In this document: positions 42,695 to 52,302 of the stretch, piece by piece
Numbering within the stretch: the first letter of the stretch is position 1
How the letters are laid out: every line of letters begins with the position of its first letter
Assembly: GCA_945883805.1 (NCBI GenBank)
Contig: CAMCYE010000003.1
Location: 25,859 to 89,858 of the forward strand
Length of the DNA: 64,000 nucleotides
Source: Victivallis vadensis
GTDB lineage: Bacteria; Verrucomicrobiota; Lentisphaeria; Victivallales; GWF2-50-93
Direction of reading: 5' to 3'
Program-made: the position numbers and the translations under genes
Notes under the pieces: model-generated
The model's input: only the letters and a program-made list of their open reading frames with translations
Database searches by the model: none
Told to the model about the DNA's origin: nothing

Positions 42695-44155
42695 ATGGCG
42701 AATCAGGGATTAATTCAATCTCAGCAGATGAAACAGGAACAGATACTGGCCCCACAGCAGATCCAATCCTTGGAAATCCTTGTCGCCCCCCTCCTCGAGC
42801 TCCAGATGAAGGTCAGCCAGGAACTTCAAGACAATCCCATCCTCGAACAGGAGAAACCGGGCGGAGAGGAACTGGCAGGCGATGTCCTCACTGATTCATC
42901 CTCCGCGGAAAACGACACGGATGAAAACCGGACACGGGACGATGCAGACAAGTCAAACCAGGAAATATCGGAACTTCTCCAGCTCGCCGACTCATGGCAG
43001 AATTCCCTTGCCCCTGCCAGCACCGGCAGAAAATACACCGACGAGGATGACGAGAAACGCCATCATTTCCTGGAGTCGCTCACCGAAGAGGCATCCCTTC
43101 AGGAACAGCTTCTTGAACAACTGAAACTTTCCAGTGTGGACGACAAGACAAAAGAACTTGCCGAACTGATCATAGGCAGTATTGATGAACAGGGATATCT
43201 TAGGAGCCATCTCGCAGATCTCGCGACCGCAGGAAGAATCACCGTGAAGGAAATGGAGAAAGTATTGGAGCTCGTCCAGGCTTTCGACCCGCCGGGAATT
43301 GCCGCAAGAGACCTGAGGGAATGCCTTCTGCTACAGCTGAAAGCCAGAGGGAAATCAACATCTATGACCGCAGAACTTATCAGGACCCACCTGAAGGAAC
43401 TGGGGCAGAACAAACTTCCCCAGGTTGCGCGGAAAATGAAAATATCGATGCAGAAATTAAATGATCTTATCGGGCAGATACGCGCCCTAAACCCTCATCC
43501 GGGATTGGCCCTGGCCCCCAACAATCCAATTTTCATACTGCCAGAGGTGACCGTTGAAAAGAGTGGCGAAAAATATTCAGTGACCTCCAAATCCGATAAT
43601 TTCCCCAGACTGCGGATTTCACACTTCTACCTGAAGCTACTCGAAGATCCGAACACTTCCGAGGAAACTAAAACCTACATAAAGGGAAAACTGCTTCAGG
43701 GCAGAGCCCTGATTAAAAGCCTGTCACAGAGGCAAAGCACAATCAAAAGCATTGCCGAAGTCATTGTTGACAGCCAATTCGACTTCTTCGAGAAAGGCGT
43801 TGAATTCCTCAGGCCTCTGACAATGCAACAGGTCGCGGACAAGCTCGACATACATGAGACAACCGTCAGCCGCGCCATCGCCAACAAATACATGCAGACC
43901 CCGAACGGCCTTCTTGAATTCAAATATTTCTTCTCCTCCGGATTCAGGGCTGATGACGGCGAAGTGCTTTCAAACAGGAGCATCATGGAGAAAATCAAGG
44001 ACTTCGTCTCAAATGAGAACACTTCAAAACCCCTTTCCGACAAGCAGATCGCCGAGATGCTCCAGGCGGACGGCCTTAAAGTCGCCAGGCGCACCGTCGC
44101 AAAATACCGCGAAGAACTCAACATCCAGCCATCGCACCTGAGAAAAGAATTCTAA
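42695..44155 (+). CDS. rpoN: RNA polymerase sigma-54 factor
   Basis: Gln-rich region I (MANQGLIQSQQMKQEQILAPQQIQSLEIL), an acidic region II, the core-binding region, and the RpoN box GLKVARRTVAKYREEL. Confidence 0.95.
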   Translation: MANQGLIQSQQMKQEQILAPQQIQSLEILVAPLLELQMKVSQELQDNPILEQEKPGGEELAGDVLTDSSSAENDTDENRTRDDADKSNQEISELLQLADSWQNSLAPASTGRKYTDEDDEKRHHFLESLTEEASLQEQLLEQLKLSSVDDKTKELAELIIGSIDEQGYLRSHLADLATAGRITVKEMEKVLELVQAFDPPGIAARDLRECLLLQLKARGKSTSMTAELIRTHLKELGQNKLPQVARKMKISMQKLNDLIGQIRALNPHPGLALAPNNPIFILPEVTVEKSGEKYSVTSKSDNFPRLRISHFYLKLLEDPNTSEETKTYIKGKLLQGRALIKSLSQRQSTIKSIAEVIVDSQFDFFEKGVEFLRPLTMQQVADKLDIHETTVSRAIANKYMQTPNGLLEFKYFFSSGFRADDGEVLSNRSIMEKIKDFVSNENTSKPLSDKQIAEMLQADGLKVARRTVAKYREELNIQPSHLRKEF

Positions 44156-44524
44156 GGAATTACCACTTTGTAATGCAATTCGAAAATATTGTGCCATGAG
44201 CCACCTGTACCACACTCTTTTTTCTTCTAAAGGATTTATTTTGCAATATATTCCATCTCCTGATTCACTGTCGCCTATATCGCTGTAGCGATATAAATAC
44301 CAAACACCTGTCAACACGAACAACGGCTCACATCTTGCATTTATCGGGTAAATTTCCGACAGGCAAACGGGGGAAAGCAAAATTCCTGTCAGTTTTTTTT
44401 CAGTCCGCATGTTGAAAGCTTTTCATTTTAACATAGATTCTGAATTCGTGCATTTATTTTGCAAAAGTAGTAAGAAATCTGCGACCTCCTACGGTGGCCG
44501 CAGATTTACCAATAAGAAACTATT

Positions 44525-44630
44525 AAAGGCGCACACTAAAGTGTGAACTCCAAAATTTGGAGTCCAGCCCTAGTCGCCTTTGGCGCCACCTGTGGCGGGT
44601 AAGCCTTTAGGCTGTTCTTTAAGAAGTAAC
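44525..44630. repeat. composite of repeat modules (family-5 unit, family-1 right-arm-like unit, family-2 left-arm start)
   Basis: CACACTAAAGTGTGAACTCCAAAATTTGGAGT, then TAAGCCTTTAGGCTGTTCTT (compare GCCGTAAGGCATGTTCTT), followed by TAAGAAGTAAC (compare AGTAACAC). Confidence 0.55.
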
Positions 44631-44795
44631 GCTAATTTTCAAAGGAGGACTTAAAAGTTTTAAGTGTTAAGGAAAGCAATTGCAGTTTCCGGAGAACAAT
44701 CTCTTGCTTAAAACTTAAAACCTGACACTTAAAACTGAATTTCTGCAACCCGCGAATTTCGCAATTGGCTCAATAACAATACAGGGAGACAATCA

Positions 44796-46049
44796 ATGTC
44801 GGTTTTTAAAAAAATAAAAGTGCCTGCGGGCGATAGAATCACAGTCAACAGCGACGGGGGACTCAATGTTCCCGACAATCCGGTGGTCGCATTTATCGAA
44901 GGCGACGGCATCGGTGCGGACATTACGAAAGCCAGCATGCATATCTGGGACAACGCAGTCAAAAAGGCTTTCGGCGGCAAAAAGAAGATTTCCTGGATGG
45001 AAATCTACGCCGGTGAAAAAGCAAACGCCATATATGGCGAAAACACCTGGCTGCCTGATGAGACCATTGATGCCGTCAAAGAATATATCATAGGGATAAA
45101 AGGCCCTCTGACAACTCCTGTCGGAGGGGGGATCAGATCCCTGAATGTCGCATTACGCCAGAAGCTTGATCTATATGTCTGCCTGCGGCCTGTGCGCTAT
45201 TTCAAGGGAGTCCCCTCACCCGTTAAACAGCCTGAAAAAACCGACATGGTCATTTTTCGTGAGAATTCCGAGGATATCTATGCTGGCATAGAATGGAAAG
45301 CCGACTCCGCGGAGGCGAAGAAAGTCATCAATTTCCTGCAGAAGGAGATGGGCGTCAGCCAGATAAGGTTCCCGGAATCGTGCGGAATCGGGATCAAGCC
45401 GATTTCAAAACAGGGAACTGAAAGGCTTGTGCGCGCCGCAATGAAATACACGGTTGAGCAGAAGAGGAAAAGTCTGACCTTCGTCCACAAGGGCAACATA
45501 ATGAAGTTCACCGAAGGAAGTTTCAAGGAATGGGGATATGATCTGGCGAAAAGGGAATTTCCGGATGTTTCGGCAGTCGCGTCAGACTGCAACTGGAAGG
45601 CGCCCGCCGGAAAATTCCTTGTAAAAGACGTCATCTGCGACGCATTCCTCCAGCAGATACTCACCCGCCCGGACGAATATGACGTTGTCGCCACGATGAA
45701 CCTCAACGGCGATTACATCTCGGATGCCCTTGCGGCATGCGTCGGGGGGATAGGGATCGCGCCCGGGGCAAATATAAATTATGAAACCGGACACGCCATG
45801 TTTGAAGCGACCCACGGGACTGCGCCAAAGTATGCGGGGCTTGACAAAGTCAACCCGTCGTCACTCGCCCTTTCCGGGGAGATGCTTCTCAGGCATATCG
45901 GCTGGGCAAAAGCGGCGGACTTGATAATCCAAGGCGTTGAAAGAGCCATTTCGGACAAGGTTGTGACCTATGATTTCGCAAGGCTTATGACCGGTGCAAA
46001 AGAGGTGTCATGTTCGGAATTTGCGAAAGCAGTTGTTGAAAGAATGTAA
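44796..46049 (+). CDS. icd: NADP-dependent isocitrate dehydrogenase (homodimeric type)
   Basis: PFIEGDGIG-type ([13 protein letters not shown]), [41 protein letters not shown] and [12 protein letters not shown]. Confidence 0.95.
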   Translation: MSVFKKIKVPAGDRITVNSDGGLNVPDNPVVAFIEGDGIGADITKASMHIWDNAVKKAFGGKKKISWMEIYAGEKANAIYGENTWLPDETIDAVKEYIIGIKGPLTTPVGGGIRSLNVALRQKLDLYVCLRPVRYFKGVPSPVKQPEKTDMVIFRENSEDIYAGIEWKADSAEAKKVINFLQKEMGVSQIRFPESCGIGIKPISKQGTERLVRAAMKYTVEQKRKSLTFVHKGNIMKFTEGSFKEWGYDLAKREFPDVSAVASDCNWKAPAGKFLVKDVICDAFLQQILTRPDEYDVVATMNLNGDYISDALAACVGGIGIAPGANINYETGHAMFEATHGTAPKYAGLDKVNPSSLALSGEMLLRHIGWAKAADLIIQGVERAISDKVVTYDFARLMTGAKEVSCSEFAKAVVERM

Positions 46050-46109
46050 CATATGATTTTGTTTAAAACAAAACAGGGCATACATTAGGGAAAAGGCGAA
46101 AAAGATTGC

Positions 46110-47381
46110 ATGTTCAAAAACCGTCACATAATCACAGCCGTTGAAATAGGCACGTCAAAAGTCTGCGTACTTATCGGTGAGGCGAACCAGCAGGGGCACA
46201 TATCCGTCCTGGCGCACGGTGAATCTCCTGTTGAATCCGGAGCGGTATGCAAAGGTGAAATCATTGACATGGACAAGGTTACCAGATGTCTTGACGAAGC
46301 CATAGAAAAGGCCGAATGTGCGGCGGATGTTGATGTGGACAGCAATAACCTGTACATATCTGTTACAGGAAGCCATATCCGTTCGATGAAAGGTTCCGGA
46401 CATGTGATTGTGTCAGGGGAGGGACGCAGGATATCCCAAGAGCACATGGTCGAGGCACTGCGCAACGCCACAATGGTTCCGATTCCGCCCGAATGCGTAA
46501 TTCTGAATTCGGTAGACGGGAACTTCCTGATTGACGGGCTGAGGAGGATAGCCGACCCTGAAAAACAGATAGCCGACAAACTCGAGGCGTTCGCCCATAT
46601 CATCTACGGCAACCGCAACTGCGTTGAAAATTTCCAGGCTCCCTTGCGTGAACTCGGCTACGACGGTTCCATTCCGGTTTTCAGCGCCATAGCCGCAGCC
46701 TCCGGCGTCCTCACCGACGACGAACTCAAAAACGGGGTACTGATGATTGACATGGGTGCCGGCACAACCGAATACATGCTCTTCCACGATTCCGGAGCGC
46801 AGGCCAGCGGCATTCTGGCGGTTGGGTGCGACCACATCGCAAATGACATTTCAGTGGGGCTAGACCTCAATATTTCCCTCTGCAGGAAAATGATCCTCGA
46901 CAACACGTTCCATTCCAAAAAAGGACATGGGCAGGCCTTCATCGAGATAGAGGGGAACATAGGATCACGAAAAATCCCAACCGTATCGGTCGAAAAAATC
47001 GTGGATCTCAGGCTGAGGGAACTTTTCGGGCTTATCCTTTCACAGCTTCAGTCCACTAGGATGCTCCCCTTCATCGACAGGGGCATAGTCCTCACCGGAG
47101 GGGGAGCCCTTCTTCCGCAGGTGCGGGAAACTGCGGGTTCCGTGTTTGAAACCCCTGTCAGAATCGGAAATCCACTTGAACTCAGCGGTTCGGTGACAAA
47201 TCTCAAATCACCCAGATACGGTATGGTTTTCGGTCTCTTGAAACACGGGGACAGGGACAGGCAGATCAGGAAATCCGGTCCGGAAGGGACATCGGGTGCC
47301 ATTATAAAAAATATTGACAGGAAACTTATTTCAGCATCCCGCAACACCATGCGATGGCTGAAAAGCGCGATAAAATTCTAG
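46110..47381 (+). CDS. ftsA: cell division protein FtsA
   Basis: Actin/HSP70 fold: ITAVEIGTSKVCVLIGE, MIDMGAGTTEY and LTGGGALL. Confidence 0.9.
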   Translation: MFKNRHIITAVEIGTSKVCVLIGEANQQGHISVLAHGESPVESGAVCKGEIIDMDKVTRCLDEAIEKAECAADVDVDSNNLYISVTGSHIRSMKGSGHVIVSGEGRRISQEHMVEALRNATMVPIPPECVILNSVDGNFLIDGLRRIADPEKQIADKLEAFAHIIYGNRNCVENFQAPLRELGYDGSIPVFSAIAAASGVLTDDELKNGVLMIDMGAGTTEYMLFHDSGAQASGILAVGCDHIANDISVGLDLNISLCRKMILDNTFHSKKGHGQAFIEIEGNIGSRKIPTVSVEKIVDLRLRELFGLILSQLQSTRMLPFIDRGIVLTGGGALLPQVRETAGSVFETPVRIGNPLELSGSVTNLKSPRYGMVFGLLKHGDRDRQIRKSGPEGTSGAIIKNIDRKLISASRNTMRWLKSAIKF

Positions 47382-47392
47382 GAATATAAAAC

Positions 47393-48550
47393 ATGGACAA
47401 TGCTTCGGACATAACAGCTAAGGCCGTGGTGCTGGGACTCGGAAACGCCGGGACAAAAATAGTCCGGGAGCTTTCACAGCTCAACGGCTCGTCATGGCTC
47501 TCCATAGGCGCAGCCGATACCGACAAGTCATCACTGGAATACGGCGGCCTTCAAAACTCTTTCCCGGTGGGATTCGAATGGACACAGGGGGTAGGTTGCG
47601 GAGGCAACGTGATAAAAGGCGAAAGGGCGTTCGCCCATCCTTCGCGAACCCATGTCATTGAATTCCTTTCCGGCGCCTCGTTGGTGGTCGTAACCGGCGG
47701 CATGGGTGGAGGAACCGCAACCGCAGGTTGTTCAAGCATTGCCAGGGCGGCAAAGAAATTGGGAATCCCCTCCATATTCGTAATCACAGCCCCTTTCTCC
47801 TTTGAAGGACACAGTAAAAGGGAAACATCTGAGGCTGGAATCAAAATGCTCTTGACAGATGCCGATGTTGTCATATCGGTCCCGAACGACATACTTTATT
47901 CTTCAATAGCCGCACACACTTCCGCAGAAGACGCATTCAAGAAATCCGACATTGAAATCGCAAAGGCGGTCCTTGGTATCGCGGAAATAATAAGGTGCAG
48001 AAACATACTTTCAGCAGATATTTCCGACTTTAAAAACATTCTCCATAAAAGGAAATCCCTCTGCTGTCTGGGACTTGGCTCCGCAGAAAGGGGTGAAGGC
48101 GAAAACTTCAGCCATCTCGCAGTTGAAAGGCTCATGGCATCCCCTCTTCTCGGCGGAACCGAAAACATAAGGGAGGCGGACGCAGTCATACTTACCCTTA
48201 CCGGCGGTCCGGAACTTAGCATAGCCGAGATGAAACATTCACTCGAGTCAGTTCAGCGCCATACGGGGAAAGACACCAAACTCATTGTGGGCGCAAACAC
48301 AGATCCACTTTATACCGGACAGATACAACTTACTCTCGTCTCCGTCCGATACGAGTTTTCCCAGGACGCGCCTAAAGAGCCGGACATGCCGGATTTTCCG
48401 GAAAAATCAGGATCCAGCCAGCCCGAACTCCCCCTACTTCCTGTTTCAAAAGGCATTTTCACCAATGCATCAAAAAATATCATATCATCCCAGGATCTCG
48501 ACATTCCCACATTCCTCCGGCAGGGAATCCATCTTGATAAAGGCAGATGA
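47393..48550 (+). CDS. ftsZ: cell division protein FtsZ (divergent nucleotide-binding motifs)
   Basis: VVLGLGNAGTKIV, GVGCGGN, TGGMGGGTATAG (where canonical FtsZ has GGGTGTG), APFSFEG, VPND, a SADISDF T7-like loop, and the C-terminal peptide DLDIPTFLRQ. Confidence 0.85.
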   Translation: MDNASDITAKAVVLGLGNAGTKIVRELSQLNGSSWLSIGAADTDKSSLEYGGLQNSFPVGFEWTQGVGCGGNVIKGERAFAHPSRTHVIEFLSGASLVVVTGGMGGGTATAGCSSIARAAKKLGIPSIFVITAPFSFEGHSKRETSEAGIKMLLTDADVVISVPNDILYSSIAAHTSAEDAFKKSDIEIAKAVLGIAEIIRCRNILSADISDFKNILHKRKSLCCLGLGSAERGEGENFSHLAVERLMASPLLGGTENIREADAVILTLTGGPELSIAEMKHSLESVQRHTGKDTKLIVGANTDPLYTGQIQLTLVSVRYEFSQDAPKEPDMPDFPEKSGSSQPELPLLPVSKGIFTNASKNIISSQDLDIPTFLRQGIHLDKGR

Positions 48551-49455
48551 TGAGAGCCCGCATTAAACCGTACCGCATGACCGTAATGCTGGCACTGCTA
48601 TGCTCCTGTCATGAAAAACCTATCGTTATTCCGGAAACAGACGGGGGATACGCCTTCAAAAAAGTCTCTGAAATATATGAGATCGGCCCCAGAGCCAGCG
48701 GTTCGGAAGGCGCCAGAAAAACAGCCGAGTTCATAGGAAATGAAATAAGAAAATACGGGCTCACGCCGGAAATAGACGAATGGGTTGAAAAAACACCGTC
48801 CGGCAATGGAACCGTATTCAGAAATGTGACAGTTGTCATCCCAGGCAAAAAAAAAGAATTCATGATAATCGGCAGTCATTATGACACCAAGAAAATTGAA
48901 ACCGTCCCTGAATTCTCCGGAGCAAACGACAGCGCCTCAAGCTCAGGACTCCTGCTGTCTCTCATCAAAACTGTCAAAACCAACCCGGAGCCGCCTCCAC
49001 TGACTCTTAAATTTGCATTCTTCGACGGGGAGGAATGTGTTTACCAGTACAACGACGGCGACGGCCTGTTCGGCAGCAGGCGGATGGCCGGAAAACTCAA
49101 GGAATCCGGGGAGGATTCAAACTGCAGGGCCATGATAGCGCTTGACATGGTAGGCGACAAAAATCTGAATATTTCAATACATTCCGACTCCGACCCGGTC
49201 CTCGCAGACAGGATCATGAAAATGGCCGGTGAAAGAAACTTGGGGAAATATTTTACAAAATCCGCTGCGTCCATAATCGACGATCACACCCCTTTTCACA
49301 AACTGGGAATACCCTCTGTCGACATCATCGATTTCGAATACGGCGAAAACAACATGTTCTGGCACACAAAGGCGGATACGATTGACAAGATCTCCCCTGA
49401 CAGCTTAAAAAAGGTCGGAGACATTGTCATGACACTTATTTACAACCGAAAGTAA
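48547..49455 (+). CDS. M28-family metallopeptidase / glutaminyl-cyclase-like lipoprotein
   Basis: IIGSHYDTKK...GANDSASSSGLLLSLI...FAFFDGEE...ALDMVGD...DDHTPF. Possible lipobox ALLCSC. ATGA overlap with the ftsZ stop. Confidence 0.8.
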   Translation: MMRARIKPYRMTVMLALLCSCHEKPIVIPETDGGYAFKKVSEIYEIGPRASGSEGARKTAEFIGNEIRKYGLTPEIDEWVEKTPSGNGTVFRNVTVVIPGKKKEFMIIGSHYDTKKIETVPEFSGANDSASSSGLLLSLIKTVKTNPEPPPLTLKFAFFDGEECVYQYNDGDGLFGSRRMAGKLKESGEDSNCRAMIALDMVGDKNLNISIHSDSDPVLADRIMKMAGERNLGKYFTKSAASIIDDHTPFHKLGIPSVDIIDFEYGENNMFWHTKADTIDKISPDSLKKVGDIVMTLIYNRK

Positions 49456-49569
49456 CATGTCGGGGAATTTAATATTTTTTTGATTTTTTTATTTTTTTGA
49501 TTTGTCATGGTTGAATATGCAAGATATACTACGTTTAGGTTTTAAGGTTTTAAATATAGGAGGATGAAT

Positions 49570-50391
49570 ATGTTACAGAGTCTCGGCGTCAGCGGTATCC
49601 TTGCGGTAGTCTTCATGGCTATCTCACTGGTGGGAATGATCATTTGTTCAAAAAAACAGAACACCTCGGCGATTGCTAAACCCATCGCCGTTCTTCTCAT
49701 GGTAGTCGTCATAGGATGTGCTGTCACATTGCTTATCAAGACAGGAGTCATAGGCAACCAGGCGACCAATGCGCTTATGGCCAATGAGCTCAAATATTCC
49801 AAGTCGAGCTATTTCATCCTCGGAAAACAACTTGCGGAAAAAATGCCAAACGCAAAGACTCTCCTCTTAATCGACACAGTCAATCCCAATGACAAACGAA
49901 GCGGCGAGATGATGCAAGCCTTCAAAGACGGCGCTGCCGGAAAATTGGTTTTTTCAGCCGAAATCACTCCTATGCCGGAAGGCATCAAGCCTGACCCCAC
50001 TGGGATGATGATGCCTCTATCCGAACTGTTGAAAGCTAAAGACTTCAACACTGTAATAAGCAAATATCCCGCCTGCAATCTGATTGTATCTTTCATCGGA
50101 CTGCCAAGAGATATCGAAAACTTGAACGTATGGTCAATGCCTTCGGACAAACAGCCTAAAATCGCCTTGCTCAACGCCTCTACCTATGATCTTAAAAATG
50201 CGATTAAGACTGGTGCTGTAATTGCTGCAGTCACAATGAATCCGGCAGCCAAGTTTGATGAGAAGCCGGCACCGAAAGACGTGAAAGACGCATTTGATGT
50301 CAGGTATATCATGCTGACTCCAGACAATGTAGATAAGATGGCCGAAGGCAACAAGAACATGTTTGCTCCGGACAAGGTGCTTAAAAAATAG
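49570..50391 (+). CDS. hypothetical membrane-anchored protein (two N-terminal TM helices plus soluble alpha/beta-like domain)
   Basis: ATG 49570 lies 6 nt after AGGAGG (49558-49563); ATG 49564 abuts the RBS. TMs GILAVVFMAISLVGMII and IAVLLMVVVIGCAVTLLI. No recognised motif. Confidence 0.55.
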   Translation: MLQSLGVSGILAVVFMAISLVGMIICSKKQNTSAIAKPIAVLLMVVVIGCAVTLLIKTGVIGNQATNALMANELKYSKSSYFILGKQLAEKMPNAKTLLLIDTVNPNDKRSGEMMQAFKDGAAGKLVFSAEITPMPEGIKPDPTGMMMPLSELLKAKDFNTVISKYPACNLIVSFIGLPRDIENLNVWSMPSDKQPKIALLNASTYDLKNAIKTGAVIAAVTMNPAAKFDEKPAPKDVKDAFDVRYIMLTPDNVDKMAEGNKNMFAPDKVLKK

Positions 50392-50439
50392 TATCCAGCT
50401 ATTTTTTCATGCAGTCTATAAAATTAACAGTGCGATTAG

Positions 50440-50475
50440 AGGCGTTGCAGTTTCTTGCTGTAACGCCTTTTCCTT
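50440..50475 (+). terminator. rho-independent terminator
   Basis: AGGCGTTGCAG-TTTCTTG-CTGTAACGCCT (one G.T pair) followed by TTTCCTTT. Confidence 0.65.
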
Positions 50476-50509
50476 TATGAAATCCATGAAAACACAAGGC
50501 TGTCACTGA

Positions 50510-51325
50510 ATGAAATTTGATTTTACCAAAATGCACGGAGCGGGAAACGACTTCATCGTCGCGTTCGATACTTCGGAAAAATGGCCGCGGCTCCCGGATG
50601 CAATCAGAAACCTTTGCAACCGGAAGCGGGGAATAGGCGCCGACGGGCTCATTCTCCTTTCACGTAACTCGGACAAGAAAATCCCCTTTAAAATGATTTA
50701 TTTCAACAGTGACGGCTCCGTCGCTGGAATGTGCGGTAACGGCCTGAGGTGCGCCGCCCTCTTCTGCCACGACAACCTCGACTCTGGCAAACACTTGAAA
50801 ATAATGACTGCGTCAGGCCCACTTGAAGCGTCAATACTTTCAAGGAACACCGTCAAAGTTAAAATCCCGGTGGCGGGGGATTTTCATAAAATTGTCATAG
50901 ACGGGGATGAGATGTATTTTGGGAACACAGGCGTTCCCCATCTGGTCAGACCAGTAAAATTCATCGACAAGGTGAATGTTCCTGTTGAGGGTGGAAAACT
51001 GCGCCGCCATAAACTTTTCGCTCCAGCAGGAACAAATGTCAATTTTATTTCACTCCCGGAAAAAGACATGGCCGCACCCTGTAAAATCCGCACTTACGAA
51101 AGAGGCGTTGAGGATGAGACTTCCGCCTGCGGAACAGGAATCACGGCTTCCGCCATATGTCTTTTGCATTTCCTCGGGCGAAAACCCCCTTTTGAGTTCA
51201 TAACACGGGGGGGAGACATTCTCAAGGTTGAATTTCGCGGGTCTGATAATATTTTAAAGACCTCTGCAGCTGCATATCTCACAGGACCTGCAGCAGAAGT
51301 GTTTTCAGGTACAATCATAATTTGA
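50510..51325 (+). CDS. dapF: diaminopimelate epimerase
   Basis: FTKMHGAGNDF, NSDGSVAGMCGNGLRC, PHLV and ETSACGTG (the two catalytic Cys). Confidence 0.92.
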   Translation: MKFDFTKMHGAGNDFIVAFDTSEKWPRLPDAIRNLCNRKRGIGADGLILLSRNSDKKIPFKMIYFNSDGSVAGMCGNGLRCAALFCHDNLDSGKHLKIMTASGPLEASILSRNTVKVKIPVAGDFHKIVIDGDEMYFGNTGVPHLVRPVKFIDKVNVPVEGGKLRRHKLFAPAGTNVNFISLPEKDMAAPCKIRTYERGVEDETSACGTGITASAICLLHFLGRKPPFEFITRGGDILKVEFRGSDNILKTSAAAYLTGPAAEVFSGTIII

Positions 51326-51338
51326 AAGGTGATATCTT

Positions 51339-52208
51339 ATGGAACTCAAAGGAGTTTACACGGCTATAGTGACCCCATTTTCCGACGGGAAAGTTGACTT
51401 TAAAAAACTCATCAGGCTTGTAGAGATCCAGATTGATGCCGGCATTGACGGCATTGTCCCTGTCGGAACCACCGGAGAATCCCCCACTCTGTCGGTTGAA
51501 GAGCACATTGAAGTCATAGAGAAAGTCATCAACACTTCCAACGGCCGGTGCAAAGTCATCGCAGGCAGCGGGGCGAATTCAACGGAAGAGGCCATTTACC
51601 TTACAAAACAGGCGAAAAAGGCCGGAGCCGACGCCACTCTCCAGGTTACCCCGTATTACAATAAGCCCACCCAGGAAGGGCTTTACAGGCATTTCAGCGC
51701 CGTATCTGAAAACGGGGGACTCCCGGTAATACTCTACAATGTTCCGGGACGATGCGGAGTCCCCATCGCAGTTGAAACCATTGCGCGCCTCTCGGCAGAC
51801 AAAAATATTGTCGCAGTAAAAGAAGCCGGCGGAAGCGTTGAAAGGGTCAGCGCGATTCTTGACATATGCGACATAACCGTCCTCAGCGGGGATGACGCCC
51901 TGACGATTCCGATGATGGCAGTGGGAGCGACAGGGATAATAAGCGTGGTTTCAAACCTGATACCCCGAGAAATAAAGGAGATGGTTGACGCCTTCGCATC
52001 TGGAGATTTCGCAAAGGCGAAAAAGCTCCACATGAGATTTTATCCGCTGTTCAGGGACATGTTCATCGAAACCAATCCCATTCCCATAAAAGCCGCAATG
52101 GCCGAAAAGGGGCTTATCAGGGAGGAATACAGGCTTCCTCTCTGCCCGATGAGCGAAAAAAACAGGAGTATTCTCCTGGAAGCGATGAAAAAATCGGGCG
52201 TACTGTAA
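51339..52208 (+). CDS. dapA: 4-hydroxy-tetrahydrodipicolinate synthase
   Basis: GVYTAIVTPF, VPVGTTGESPTLS, TPYYNKP, LYNVPGR and VAVKEA (Schiff-base Lys). Confidence 0.95.
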   Translation: MELKGVYTAIVTPFSDGKVDFKKLIRLVEIQIDAGIDGIVPVGTTGESPTLSVEEHIEVIEKVINTSNGRCKVIAGSGANSTEEAIYLTKQAKKAGADATLQVTPYYNKPTQEGLYRHFSAVSENGGLPVILYNVPGRCGVPIAVETIARLSADKNIVAVKEAGGSVERVSAILDICDITVLSGDDALTIPMMAVGATGIISVVSNLIPREIKEMVDAFASGDFAKAKKLHMRFYPLFRDMFIETNPIPIKAAMAEKGLIREEYRLPLCPMSEKNRSILLEAMKKSGVL

Positions 52209-52302
52209 AATCAGCATTTGCCTTATCTCCCGGAAGTTTACTCCATTAAACTAAGTTGCCCGACTGGAACCGGGTTTTTCAAATTTCACAGAACGGTACG
52301 GC

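Noticed and set aside
44024-44410. 128-aa minus-strand ORF in the rpoN-icd gap (MRTEKKLTG...WYLYRYSDIGDSESGDGIYCK...).
   Set aside because: It has no stop of its own before running 132 nt antisense into the rpoN 3' end, no RBS, and no recognisable domain. Its 5' end coincides with the complement of a terminator-like hairpin and T8 tract. It is kept only as a possibility of a decayed gene fragment.
44525-44581. Cloverleaf-like multi-hairpin (AAAGGCG...CACAC-TAAA-GTGTG...ACTCCAAA-ATTTGGAGT...CGCCTTT) that superficially resembles a tRNA.
   Set aside because: There is no T-loop (GTTCRANYC), no D-loop GG, and the arm lengths are wrong. Its sub-hairpins recur as dispersed repeat modules, for example at 24097.
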